Source: Botryllus schlosseri (taxonomy: Eukaryota). From it: 64,000 nucleotides of DNA. Below, one piece after another: positions 39,601-54,600 of the stretch. Below the pieces are notes generated by a model. The model saw only the letters and a program-made list of their open reading frames with translations. It had not been told where the DNA came from and searched no databases. Numbering within the stretch: position 1 is the stretch's first letter; the number at the start of each line of letters is the position of its first letter. The stretch covers positions 23,686,001 through 23,750,000 of the forward strand of contig CM119372.1 of NCBI GenBank assembly GCA_051294905.1. Direction: 5' to 3'. The translations under genes and the position numbers were made by a program.

Positions 39601-42600
39601 AATATATTTTATGTCTTTTGTCCAGAAAGCTTCAACAATGGTCTGCTTCATTATCGTATCATAATCTCCGTATAAAAGTCATTCTGAGAGAGAAATTGAG
39701 ACAGACGGAGAAAAACTATAAACTTATTACGTTCTGTGGATGGGGTAGGCCTATATGTTTGGTAGCGCCACCTTTGCGGATTTCAGAGGATTTTTATGTG
39801 TACCTTCATAACTTACGATTTGTATTCTAACTTGAATGATCTGCCTTGACGCTTTCTCCTATTTTCCTACTTGAGCTTATATCCTGCTCGAGATCATAAG
39901 CGTATAATTTGACAACCGCTGAGCTAACATACATGTCGTGCATCCAGGGATATCTAGAAACTCCTAGTAGTTCTACATGTCCCTGCGTGCATCTAAGGGA
40001 ACATCTTACTTTATTTCGTGTTTCTGTTTCTCAAGCTTTCCGATATTGCTTAAAACAGGGGTGATCTGATACCTTGTTTACAGTGTATTTAGTACTGAGC
40101 ATTCCTGAGAGCAGACTTGGACTAGAAAATTTTCAATTTTTCCGTATTAGATTAGAAGTAGAATTAGAGCTACACAGCCTTTTCCAAATTAGAGCTTCAC
40201 AGCTTTCTCCGAATTATATTAGAATTAGAATTAGAGGTACACAAGTTTTCCCAAATTAGATTAGAATTAGAATTATAGCTTCGCAGCTTTTTTCAACTTA
40301 GATTAAAATTATAATCACTGAATTCGCAAAAACTTGGAAATTGAAAGAGATTGTGAATGGGAAATGAATACAGCAAAATCAGTTCATATCAAATCGCAGT
40401 GTATTCCCACAACCATGAGAATGGTGAACGTCTGTACACCAAACCAAGCTTGACTCGTTTTGTACTATACCAGGGGTCACCGCAATCGCGGCCGGCGATC
40501 TTATTTGTGATTTTGGAAAAATGCGAAATAAGGCATTTTGAAATGCCCAAATTGTTGTTGTTGTTTCAAAATAGACTACGGTATTCGCCTGTGCCCAACA
40601 AAACTATTCCACAATGTCTGAAACGGCTTCGGCGATAGCAATAGCATTCCATCGATGAAGACTCAGCTGATATTAATAAGAATATTGCCTTGGCGTACAA
40701 TGCCCCAGACACTGCCAACACGAGGAAGCTTAGAAAACGGCATAGGACGTCCCCACAAGATCAATCTTTATAGAATTATCTAGTTGTCCAAGTCTGCCTG
40801 AGAGTTCGCGTTTTCTTCTAATTTGAAAAATGAACTAAACATTCAGAAACAAGCAACCTGTACTATCCGCTTAATTGCCATTCTTTCAATAGCCATTGGT
40901 ATTTAATTTACGTATCCGTGATCCCAGAGAAATGGCAAACTACCCCATAGTGGTCGCAACCTCTAGTCTGGGTACCGCTGGCTTAGAAGGATATGAATGT
41001 CGCTGTTTTACGTTAAAAAAACCGATATCGTATATGAGATTGACATTACGGAACAAAATCAATAAAATTACCCTGCAAATCCTTCCTGGTACTGATATGT
41101 TGTGAAGTAATCACAGAATCCCGCTTTCTGCTCGCATTCACATTCCTCGCTTGAAAAGTTTAAACATTCGGGTACCCCGTCACAAGCAGTTGCTTCTGTA
41201 AAATTGAATGTTTTGGGTCATCATTTATTCACAGCCTTCCCCTCAGGGAGATGTACTGTATACGTACTGGTGCCATTAAAGCAGGTGAAATCTTCTAGCT
41301 TTGGCAATTCCGCTGAACCTGAATCTAGACATCAATGAAACGTATGTAATTTCATGCGAACAAAAATTACCCATGAAGGTGGTAAAGGCTTCCCGTTTCG
41401 ATTATGGCTCCTATAAGATAGGACGAGTCACAATTGGTTGCTTTGATTTTTAAAGCATACGCCTACAGTGGGTGCTCATTAGCAGATTTGACTATAACAA
41501 TGACAGGACTCTATTGCAGTCTTTCTTAACATTTTTAGCGCTTGTACTCCTTGCGCTGTAATGAAATGTTTCTCTTACCCCCTATCCAGGATCGAAGCAG
41601 CCCTTCGTCAAGCCGCCCTCAAACGCGGGTCTTGAGCCCCCTAAGGGGTTTCAATACAACTTCTGTGGATTTCAGGGACAGATCACATTTCAGCCACTGG
41701 AGATATTATTATCGAAGGTTTCACCAAGGTGCTGTGATTTCAGTGTCCAAATGTTAATCGCCACCGCCGGTGTACCGAAATATCCCAGGTCAAGGTGTGT
41801 TCTGGGGCGGAAGTTACGGCTAGCGCCGAAATGCTCTAATATGTGATAGTCCCGCACCAGGAGGTTTCACAACCCTGGACTAAAACACTCCAACGGCCCC
41901 CAGTCATCATTCTCACATAATTGCGAAAAAGGCTAAGACTCATTTCAGTAACTCATGTTATATTTTGTGTCAATGGACCCCTGTACCCGTGGTTAATAAT
42001 CACTGCTCTATTGAATGTTTTATCGATTTTATTCGACTTATTGTTTCATAAAACATATTTACTAATAGACTCGGAACATTCATGGGGGTTTGATCACTCT
42101 TGTTCGCCAATGTAGTCATGAATTCTATCAATGCCAATACGGTGTCAAGTGAAAGCCGCATGCAACCAACTCCAACAGTCCAAGCGTTAAATTCATAGAA
42201 AGTAGACCCACCATCGTTTTCGCAGTTTATCTCATCTTCGCTGTTGTGGCAGTTCGGTCTGTTCAAAAAAGGGAACGCACACGCACAAGTTAGTTGTGTA
42301 TAGTTAGTAGTTACTGTGTCTTTTTTGTTTTCTTTTATTGCACACAACATTGGCACTGATCGCCTTGAACAGGGGTGGCCAACCTTTTCGGTCAAAGGGA
42401 AACTTGTAATTGACGAAGCACGGGGCGGGCCACTAGCCGCGCCTAGCGCGAAAAATTTACAAAGTTTATAGGTCAATAATATTGTTACTTGAGTATAGTG
42501 CGGGTCTGCTGTAACTCTCTGGGCTCAGTTCGCAAGGATTGGACTATTCGGCGCCTGGACAACCGATATCGAAAGCTTCGGCCAACATGCGTCAGTCATT

Positions 42601-45600
42601 TTGTGCCCATAGGTTTCACCGTCGACGGTCTTTCTGCGAGCGCAAACGCAAGGTCGCATGTTGGACGGCACTTTCTCTCGTAATTGCGAATACAGTTAGA
42701 CTCAATCTAGTACATTAGGCGTTCTTCCATTTTCAGGGGGGGGGGGGGGATTAACAATATATTAAAAGCAAGAAATCGAATGACAACATACTGCAGAAGG
42801 CGTGAAGAAAATTTTTACTTTAGATAAATCTACCGCAGAATATTCTGCTTCATTGTGCTGTACGAAGAAGGTCTTCCAAACATGTGACTGTTCCATGGAT
42901 CTGCCAATGCGTCGGAACTGATATTTTAGTCGTCACATCCCAAGTGTTACGGCCAGAATAATCATATTTTTGGTTGGTCTTGCAGGTTCACAATCTGGGC
43001 AATCCATTTTTGATAATAATAATAATAATTTCGAAAATTACCTCGCCGGTCCCTCAAAACCTTCTCGCGGGCCACGGGTTGGCTGGCCCTGGCCTAGAAG
43101 GTCATTTGCGCCACGCACAGTAATTCCAGTAATTTTGAATGTCTTTTAGGTCTTTGTAAGATTACAGACGAATTTCATGCCCGCGCGCTTCCACCATCAG
43201 TCTCTCTCGTTTTTCATGCGCCCGTAGCTTGATCTTTTACAGCCGACTTTCTTGACTCGGCTCATCATCACTCTAAGCTTTTTCAAACGCTGCTATGGCA
43301 GTGAGGCTAGCGACGAGGAGCCCAGATAAACCTCCGACACATAGAAACTTGGCAGAGTCGAGACTAGAGCCAACAACCATTGGTATCGTGACGGCGTCGC
43401 TTAGCACATTGCGCCACTCGCGTCATAGTTACCGTGTAGAACAGTTTCATAACCTCGTCATAAAGTAGGCCTACATCATGTCATATGTAGCTTTCCATGC
43501 AATACAAGTTTCGAGGTATTTCTTTGTTAGAAAGTATTACGTTTGAGAAACGGAGTTATGTATGTTAAAACAAATGCCTGATACTATTAGAGAATTTTAC
43601 CCACATGCTGTCACAAATCATAGTTGCGTCGAATGCAATATATTCCTCGTCTACGGACAAGCAATGCGGCCAATCTTTTATTTCGTTCCCATTGTGATCT
43701 ACATATTAGCAACATTGAAAACAACCTTCGGGGACATTGCTTTTTTTCTTACCCAATGTCAGCCTTTGACAAATATCATGTCGATTTCGTAATGAACAGA
43801 GACATTCATCAGTAAGATCTGGGCAGTTGAACGAACCATCACACAGAGTTGACACAGGCATGACTATCCCCGGATTTGACAAACATTGGAAGCAGTCTTT
43901 GTCCATGAAACCTGGATATGGAGTCCATAAAAAATTACTAATTGGATATAGATCTGCAATGCATGACCGGATGATTCTGCGAATCGCATCAAGTCTTTGA
44001 AATGTCACAGAGCAATACATATTTAATAATATAAATCCTTTCTAGAAGATAGTGATAAAATCAAACATTCGTAATCTTTGATAAAATGCTGATGGACTTG
44101 TGTATATAAGCAAAGGATCCAACACATAACGACAACTCTTCTAGTGACCACCAACCAATATAGCGAGAAGTTGCGTTTATGAATTTACCGACATCAACAA
44201 AAAGAAAATGAAGAGACTTAACGCTTTTTTTTATTCAAATATACATGAAGTTGGTTACTGGTTTATTATAATGACACAGTGACTGCAAAATGTTTTAGTT
44301 AGTTAGGCACAGCTACTTGCTCCAAAGCTCCCCTTATTAGGCCAACAAGTGCTTCATCAGAATGACAACGCATTTTTCTCCTGTTGATTTCAATAGTGTA
44401 TCCACGGCTCTTTCGGTTAAATAAGTGGTATGGTTATGTACAAAAGCTTCTGGTGCTTGGATATAGCCAGGTTTTCATAAGAACTATCCAGAACTACTAT
44501 TCAAAATGAAGCGTATTTTCCGCGATATAAAAATGCTTGTCGTAGGCTCCTGTTAACCGAATGGGTTCTGAATCCCCAGTGAATTATGATGATTCTTGAA
44601 AGAAACAAACAAGAAAGTCAATCTACGTCATTTCCCGCGTGGCGCTGATTCAAGGTATGCCTGCCAGTCTACACTCGCGTTCGAAACATACTTTAGATCA
44701 AGCAATAATATTACTGCTAAATGATAATTCACTCCGTCTGCATGGTGTGAGACAAAAAAAATTGTAAAAGCTTCGACTAAGTAAGCAAGTTTTTACAAAT
44801 ACATCGCAACGGCGAAATATATAGAGTAACTTTACTTCATACCATATATTTTATGTTTATCTGAACTGAACTGTTCCACGTCAGAAATAAATATAAATCT
44901 TGCATCTGCTAAATTTTTCTCATTCAAATAAATCGTAAGCGTGATAAAGAATCTGATAAATTGGCCGACAACACTGGGCAACAATTCTGAACGAAAAATT
45001 TGTTGACTTTGATTTTGCACTTGAATTAGGCTAATTTTGGTATGCTGATTCCAAACATGTCGCTGGTTTTTTCCATCACGTCAAGTTTTTGCTCTACGAC
45101 TTATTTCCAAAGTATGCAAATTTACAAGAATTTAGCCATATTACTTTTTCATACCATATAGAAATACACACTTTTATCATAGAATAAGTTATATAGTCAA
45201 TGGATCAATTGAATTATTAGGAAAAAAGGTACTGGTATCGATCTAGGCCGATGCTTTCACCCATTTCTGGTTAGATGATGGATATGGATGCGATGATCCG
45301 AGGATATTTCAGACACATATATGATGCAAACTGCAGGATATGGCAAGAAAAATGAACATTACATTTACTATCAACTATAGGTCCAATGCCACATTCAGCT
45401 TATCCAGTGTAACTTGAAACTCCTACAAGCTCGATAATTTGGATCAAGATGAAGATCTTGAGGATGGCAGGCCTAATGATGAAGATTTTGAAATGGAAGA
45501 TGATTCAGAACGTAGAGTAATCCCTCAACACAAGTTAAATGATCTGACATAGGCGTTGGGACTCGAAAGAGAAATATTCGGAACTTTTAGCATCCTTGCG

Positions 45601-48600
45601 ATTTGAGAATATAATACGAAGCGAAGATATCTCACTTGCGATCATGAGAAATAGCGTTTTCATCGTAGGGCTACTTTCGGTAGATTCGTGTATTGCCGTG
45701 ATACTGACATTGGCATGATACTGTTACCATGAATTGCTGGAGGACATAGGAATCCCGATTTAAACCTCGCGTGAATGGCAAATATCTATTGGTAGCTCTA
45801 AAAGGAATCTAAACTGAGATATTCTCCTAAATGGCAACGTCTTAGGTGCAGTAACAATTGCACACTCAGTTAGTCTTCGTGAATAATACAGAAACATTGA
45901 GAATAATACAGAAACAATGAATCGTTGCAATATCACAAGCACGATTGGGATTGGATCATATATGTGTCAGCTTTGAGATATTGTGTTTCTCAGGGGTCAG
46001 ACAATCAGAATGCGCATGTAACTCTGCTACGCATGTGCCATTGTCGGACAGCAGACATTCAAAAAAGCTAAAATATCTCAATAATTTCCCGGAAAACCTT
46101 GGCATAGTCAGCGATGGGCAAGGAGAAAACATTCCCCAATATATGAAGATGATGGGGTGAGATACCAGAGTAGATTGGAAATTAAATATGTTAGTTGACT
46201 CTTGCTCAAGTATCAAACGAGACAACCCACATAATTATGAGGTAATACGTAAATTTGGCCCCTGAAACTCGCACTTTATTTGTCCTGCAGAAGCAATATC
46301 GATTTGAATCAACCAAATAAAGCAATGAAAATGTTTTATGGAGTCTATTGATTAATTTTTGACTGCTCATGGTTCTTGAAACGTTTTATATAATAATCAC
46401 AAAATATTAAAAGTATTACCGTACTTTTATGTGGGTTATGAGTAGAGCCCGACCGATTATCGGATCGCCGATAATATCGAGTCGATATCACGCTTGGAGA
46501 GAAATATCGGTATCGGCCATTGAAGGTAAAAAAATATCGGCCATTTTCGTGACGTCACAACATGGTGGCAGGGAGTCAGAGAAGTCGATAGAAGACGTGA
46601 GGGCGGTAAATTATAAAAATAAATGGCCAAGCTGCATATAGTGCATACTGCATACAGGCAGTAGGCGTGCCTATCTGAAAAATATTAGATAACTAACCAC
46701 CGTTATGCCCCACTGACTTCGTTGGAATCCCCCAGAAGTAATCGATCACCAAAGACATAGAGCAGGTGGATTGATAGTTGTCTGCTGAAGATTTCAATCA
46801 GTAAGAGAAATGAGAACTTCAATCATGCTGGACTGACCCTCGTGATGATAGAGAAAAGCGTCGCGTCGAAACATTTCTGGGAAGATGGGGCTATTGGTTC
46901 GGTACCAACGGAGCTAATTATACCAGTAATATATGAAGTCGTCTGACTGAGGCTCGCGGGGCCACCATGATAGGAAATATGCGAGCATAGAGGGCAAGAA
47001 AATCAAGCAAACGTGGAGTAAAGCCAATAATTGATACGAAAATTTTGGATTCCACGATGACATTGGCCAATTCTGACAAACGAGCTTAAAATATTGATCG
47101 ATTGATTGTTGTAATGCTGGTCATGGTCAAGGCCCGAGGGGGATGGGTGGAGCAGTTGCAGACGTGGACAATTTCAGTTGCTTTGCACATTCTCTTCAGT
47201 TGTTTGTTAATGATGTGCTGAAGGCTCCAGGTACACTGCCAGAAGAATATCAATATTAATATTTGGTGAAACCATTGAAGGAAAGATCCCCTCCAAGGGA
47301 GCGGTGGAATCAAAATGAAGAAAGATTTCCAATTCTTGCTGTGCCACTAACTATGGTACCAAGTGAAAGACTGCTCACTGTGTTTAGTACTATATACATC
47401 ATTTATGGAAGACCACAAAAGTTGACTCCTTGGAGAAAGGGCCGAGAAATTGTGCTTCGTGAACTGTAATCTGCAACTGCTGGATTGGTGCTTTTGATAT
47501 ATTTTTATAGCTCCTAGATCATGTATTTCATAATCAAGCATATCAATGGCTGTAAAGTTGTTGAAATAAATGCTCTGAGGTGTTAAATATGGGCCTTGAG
47601 CTAGATTCCATATATTTTGAATATCGGCTGAATATATCGGGGTTATCGGCGGAGGTATTGGCTATTGGTCTTATCGGTATCGGCTCAGAAATCCAATATC
47701 AGTCGGGCTCTAGTTATGAGACAATGGGGTGGGTGCTTACCCCAAAAACTTGACGTGATAGAGAAAAACCGAAGTCATTTTTGAATTCAGCGCCCAAAAG
47801 TTAGTCGAAATCAATTGTCTGATCAAAGTCAACAAAAATTGTGTTGACCAGTGTAATCCACCAAGCGTTTCTGGCCTAGAACGACGATTTAGCATATTTC
47901 CAATACACCCCCAAACACACATCATTTCTTACGCGTCATCAACACACGCTGCTGGTACGGATTGAATTCCGATCGATTTTATCATGCTGTACTAATCAGT
48001 GTTGGGATGACTTGACTTGACTCGAGTCACTTTGCTAAAATGACTTGACTTGACTTGGCGTATCAGAAATGTGGATTGACTCGTAACTCGGAGCAAAATT
48101 CACGAGTCAATTTCAAGTCATAAAGTTATCGGTGTCGATAAAAATGAATGAATCTTGCATATATGTTCGGATTGTTCGCGACACGCTGGTGTAAGCCGTG
48201 AGAGCGACCAATCATTCAATTATGGTGCGTTTAACTGAGCCGCCATTGTTCACTCACAAATAAATTGACCACAAACGAAGTGTTCGAAGCTTACAACTTA
48301 CGTTGCCGTGAACAAATAGTAAACTTATTTAATAGTAAAATATATATTTCTGTTTCTGTTCTTACCTTAACCAAACCTCTTGTTTTATTGAAAATGAATA
48401 CGAAAATAGTTCATATACTACTCAACCATTGGCGGCGACTCGAATTATATCATATCAATATGTAATTTGGTAATGTATTGCATCTTATCAATTCGTCTCT
48501 CTATTCTCTATTCGCTATTTTGGTTGGTAACTATAAACTGAGGCTATGCAATTACTTACGTAGTTTAACAGTTCTACGTATATGGGAGCATTACAGCACC

Positions 48601-51600
48601 TTCTTGCGTGTATATTTATATTCGTTCATCGGTTCAGAAGAATGACCACTTAATTTGTATTTAAGACAGCTAGCAAAATGCAATGACGGAATCATGCCTC
48701 ATACTTGAAAAGGCAACTTGACTTGAATTGTGACTTGACTCGTGACTTTACCTGACTCGACTCGACTTGACTCGAGTCACCTCCAAAAATTGACTTGACT
48801 CGAGTCACATTTGAAAATCGATTGACTTGACTCGACTCTAGTCAAAATGTGCAATGACTCGAAATGACTCGTGACTCGAAGGTAGTGACTCGATCCCAAC
48901 ACTGGTACTAATTCCCCGATTCGCCACTAATGATAGACGTGACAGTTACCTGGTCTGTCTCCATTGCATGGTCCTTCTCCGACCTCTGAAAATGAATATT
49001 TCATACGATTCTCAATACGTCATTCTATAAGACACACATAATTTCTAGGCAAGATAATGTGGGTCAAGTTCCAAAATGACGACAACGTCACACAAGTTCA
49101 GATTCCACAGAACTTTTAGCTGTTTCGACGATATTATCGGGGAAGTGTGCAATTATAGGTTTGGACTACTATATGAACAGCTATGATTATAATAAAAGTT
49201 AATAGTTCATCAGCGTCGTGACCATCACGGACTAATAACTATATTGATAATTTCCGGGCTAAGAATCTAGCAGTGATGGAAGAGAGTCAATTTAAATAAA
49301 TTTAAACAAATACGATGCCATAATATTTCAAGCTCGATTCTCGAGAATCAGCATGATTTGGTTGATATAAGGTTGATCTACGTTTCTGTAGAATGCCCGT
49401 GCTTGCCACCGCCTGGATGCAGCGAGCTACAGGAATATTAATGTAATACAATACATTAAGAATAGGTCGGTGTAAAATTCAGACATTGCGCAAACATTGC
49501 AGAATTACTAAAATGATTTTCCCTAACGCGAACCTGTAATTTATTAAGTTTCTCGTACCAAACATGAACGCGAGCCGACTGCATGATTGCACCATTTCTA
49601 CGAATAATCCAATGATCACCACTTCGACCATCTCTGTATATCAATTTCACTCCTTCCGTTTAATAAAGGGGTCGACAACCTCAGTAGAACATATGCTGAG
49701 AGTGTGGATGTGGACAGAGAAAATACTTCATGCGTCTACATATCTGTTTACACTTCAATTTGATATCAATTCATAGTTCAAATGTTTTGTGACACATGAG
49801 GAAATTTTATTTCTCCGGCAGAGGTTGCCAACTTTCGAATGCCCGTTTATCATTATTAATATTGATCAACACCTCTCAAATATTAATGATTTGATGACAT
49901 ACGACGAACAAATTGACATCTGTTGTAGAGATTCCATCCAAAATATCACTTCGTCCGTTCATATTCTACTCTGTGTGTCACAGAGGGCCGAGTAAGGTTC
50001 GTATTGAAATATATTTAGGTTTTGGCTACTTCTATACGCTTCAGGGTATAAAGCCAATTACGAGGACTTCGCTGATCGCCACCAGAGATGAGAGAAGATA
50101 TGACGGAAAGTAATATTGCGTTTGTCAGGCTTTGAAGAGGGCGGGTAAAATGTCAAATCATGTTACAATATAGCGTCCGCTTATGTAATCTACATACCAT
50201 GTACTACTGTTTGATTTTATTCATCTTCATTGAACCAAGCAATAAATCACATCCAGTGCTTCTCCGAAGGTTGCCAATCTCATGTAGTTACACGTTACAC
50301 CTTACCGCAATTATGCTGACATCAAGAAAGTTCAAGATATTTGTTACCAATATCATTGTGACGACAATTGATGGCATTCTAGAGCCGTTTGCCTGCGATA
50401 TCGCTACTGATGAAAACAAGTGAACAAATGATGACTGATGAGTAGGGCGACTTTTTTTCCTAAAAAACGAAAGATTTTGACCTAAAAAATCAAAATTTTG
50501 ACTTTTTTTGACATTGAAAAATTTAATTTTGACCTCACGTATGTAAATTAGGCGTTTTCCCACAAAATCTTAGAATTGTACTACTTATCTTCATTTCTGG
50601 TTGGAACTGGCCGTCATTACGAAGTAGTTAGGGCTGAGCTAACTTTTATGACTTAAAAATGACAAATTTTTACGTGAAAAATCTTATTTTGACTAAATCA
50701 TGACCTATATGAAGAATTCCAGTAGTGTACATCACGCATTAGGGGAGAACTAATGAAAATTTGTTGTACTACAACGAAAGATACTTTCCTACATTCTCTT
50801 ACCATAATTTTCGTAATGCATGCTTCAAAACGTAAGTTATATACTGTACCATTTTACTGTGAGTTATCAACCAATATCAAGGCCCACTTGCGTTCTAGGC
50901 TTGTGTAAAACACCACTTCTGCCTGAGGATAGGAGGTGCGACGGCGAATCCAACGAAACCATATATAGGGTGTTTCGTTTGTAAATAATAAATCGACGTT
51001 ACACGGTGTTTTTCATGCTATTGAACGAAAAGAGATTTTGCCAACGCATTTTCACAGTAAATTTACTGCAATAACTCCGATAACACACATATTTGTGAGA
51101 AGATTTTTTTAGTTCTGATTCGCGAAAAAGTGGATGCCTGCTGACCAACGAAATTAAATTGCAGGTTGTTGATGCAGCAGCAATAAGTAGCAATAAGCGA
51201 TAGATCAGTGGTTCTCAACCTTTTTCTCATCGCGGACCCCTTTTGGACAGTCACGGACCCCCGCGGACGCCTCAAGTTTTCGATCACAATTAACTCAATT
51301 ATCTTCCAACCGTCATCTGTCTTGCGCAGATATTAACTGTAGGCTTGTTCGAAACAGCCACAAAATGACTTTTAGTGACAATAACATGATACTATATGTA
51401 TAAGTTGGGTTGAAATTTATTATTTCAAGGCTTATTTGCAGCTGTATTTATTGTCTTGAAAATCCACGTCTTCGATTTGATGTAAACGAGTGGCGAAAAT
51501 ATTTCCACAAATATACGTGCTGGCATATGTAGGCTACTATTAAAGCGTAACGCTTCCCACGATACCTTTTGGTGTTATCACAACATATACGGCACCAATA

Positions 51601-54600
51601 TTGATGAACATAGTTTTTAATTGACATTTAGCGTCCAGCCTAGTCATTTCTATCTAGCATCTCATCTTGAAGTTATTCTGGAATAGTGCTTATGTATGTA
51701 TATCACAGGTGAAAATGGATTTCGTGGCGAGGTTTCAATCCATTCATTGGGTCAAATTAGGAAAAAATTTCCGAAATTTCTATTTCAAACGACCCCAACA
51801 AAATGTCTCTAACAGCAATATGTTTGTATCAGTGGGCTATTGGCAATTTGGCAATTATATTGAGTAGGGTTGCATTTCAAACAAACCATGATTAAAAAAA
51901 ACTTTGTTTAAAACAGTGTTTCAAACAAATGCCTTTTCGAAAAGAACTAAATTGTGTAAATACGTCCGAAAAACCATGTAGTATGAGCATATATACGGAC
52001 AATTTGCACCCAAAATAGTCGACGTATACGATGTGGGGTGGCTGGAACCCTCGAGATCGTCGTCGGTTGAAAAGTTTTTGCTCGTAGATATAGATCATTG
52101 GTACGGAATGGGTGTTCTGATGATGATGACCATCGACCGTGAAAATGCTGCATAGCGATGTAGTCCTGGTTAAAGATATTTTTGGTGTGTTTATGACAGT
52201 TATCGGAAGCCCTTGTCTTCGTAGGAGCCATATTTACCCTATATTTTCAATTGTCAATGTGAATCCACGGTTACGTCACAATTAAATAATAAAACATGTT
52301 TGTTTTAAATGGATTTTTGTTTTAAATGCAGCCCTGAATATGAGTTTGCACAGTAGGATATTTCATCTCGGACGACCGCACTAATGATGTGAGTCCTGAA
52401 GTTTTAGCAAACATGAAGCTGAACTGTCTCATGCTTTCCCTAATATAAAAATTACGAATTAGGTTATCAATCATTTTCCAAATCTAGAGGTTTCGAGGAC
52501 CCCCTGAAAAAGCTCTGCGGACCGTTAGGGGTACGCAGGACCCCGGTTGAGAACCACTGCAATAGATTCATGTGCTGCTATTTTGATGCTGTGTGGCCTG
52601 TACGTGTTTCCGGTACTCGCACAAATCATTCTTTCGTCCTCATATAGGCAGGGATCACCGAGACGCATGCGTAAGACTGCGGGGGCTCAACGGAACTTGC
52701 GTCGCGGACCTTCAGAGCACTCGCGGGCCGGTACAGTCCAATGACCCCAAAACGTTACCACAAAGTCTATATGCCCTTGGTCTTGACTTGAATACTCAAG
52801 CCTTTATAAATAAGAATGTATTACGGTATAGCACGGGCCATAGGGTTCTATTCTATTAACACCATTATTCGCAAACATTGCAATAGGCAAAAGTACGATG
52901 ATTGGCCAGTTGAATAGTTATATAAACTTCTAAAACAGGGGCTTTAGCGACGACATACGCTGGCATATTTCTATGATCGGCTTGTTTAATTCGTTATCTG
53001 ACAATAGTCCTGTGTATGAATTGTGAGGAATATAACCGATTTAACCGTAAGCGCAGACGTTGAAATTTGGTTCTTTATTATTATATCGCGATTTAGGTTT
53101 CGCTGGATGATGAGAAGCTGTTAAGTCATAAGCAAAAAAGGAGTGTGATCAAAGATATTTACCTTAATTAGTTGACAGCGCCAATTAATCAGAGATGATC
53201 AGTAACGAAGTAGGGGAGATGTGGTACCGATGGATCAAAAATTGGAAAATGATCGCTGGCCCCAAAATGTTCAGCCGAAAACAGCAGATCTTTTGCTGGC
53301 TCAGCACTTTGATACAAGCTCTACCTATCGCGCACATATACATGAATATCCGTCTTTTCAAAAAATATTTATGGACGTTCAAAATTTGTTGCTCGAACGT
53401 ATCATCGGTCCCCAACCGGTGGGTCCAATGGCACACGACCCGGGGACCTATGACACATATACCCTAAATACCTCAGATGTGTCAACTTTTCTTGCTCAGT
53501 ATTATAATCTAAGCGACAGCAAGCCAAAGAAGAATGTTTGGTCGCAACCGTCAAAAAATAGAATAAATATTAACTCAAATGTTGTCATAAAATCACGTTT
53601 CGATTTAAGCTCAAAATTATAAATTTTAGGGTACATGCATATTGCCCGAAAATCGACATTGTGACTTCCAAATACCTCGTTATAGCGATGAAACATCATA
53701 TGCAATTATTACATAAAGATTTTCTGTACGTAGGCATGTTTCATTTGTTTCATGATTAGTATGCTTGATTATTTTGCTTGATTTGGCTATTGTATCATCG
53801 GTCCCCACCCTACGAATTTTATACATGATTGAAAAATATTCCACTCAAGGAAGGTACTGAAAAAAATAATAGGTGCTATTATATAGCATGATACAAGCCC
53901 TACACCTCACAATAAAAATGATTGCTGATTTGTTCGTGTTGAAGGTTACAAAGAAAAATGTATTTGTCGATCTAAATTTAGTTTACACCCCCCAAAACAA
54001 AAAACATCTGTGAGAGACGCCATAGCTCGCGCACGTCAATTTTTTTTGTATGTGAGGAAAGATTTGCCATCATGCAATGGTAGACAAATTCACGGAGTGT
54101 AATCATGGAATTATCATAGAGAATTTTCAAAGTATTTTCGGTCCCAGTGATCCATCGGTACCACATCTCCCCTACTTCTCCTTTTTTTGCAGTACTCGCG
54201 TAGTTTTCCACTACTTGGGCACTTACTCAAGTACATCTAATTTACTGCTACTTCTACCTCTACTTCATAATATTTTGTGATCTACTTACTTACTTTTCGC
54301 TATTTTAAGTTTTTCAAGTAAAACTAGTTTAATCCTCCAATCAGTAAGATAGCCTGAGAAATTTCGGGGCTGTTTCGACGGAGTATCAACATTTAATTTT
54401 CATGAAAGTTGATTAAACCCCAGAATTTTCGTCGCGCTTCACGCACAGTGGATATGGAGTGACCAATATGATTTCACGAAAGTATTGGTGAATATAATTT
54501 AGGTAGTGAGTCTGGAAAAGAGGACTCTAACTTTTTTTCTAGCTTCAGACCTGTTTTAGCATACCACCTTTGAAACTTTCTGGATTAAAGATATGAAATA

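Larger units (their letters stand above)
44972..47853 (+). mobile_element. Decayed Chapaev3 (CMC) DNA transposon
   Basis: Termini CACTGGGCAAC...TTTGTTGACTTTGAT / ATCAAAGTCAACAAAA...GTTGACCAGTG; flanks CAA/TAA (eroded TWA); transposase relic inside. Confidence 0.78.

Noticed and set aside
44050..44700. Decayed LINE reverse-transcriptase fragment
   Set aside because: Only a vague WCLDIA similarity with many stops; not supportable without a search.
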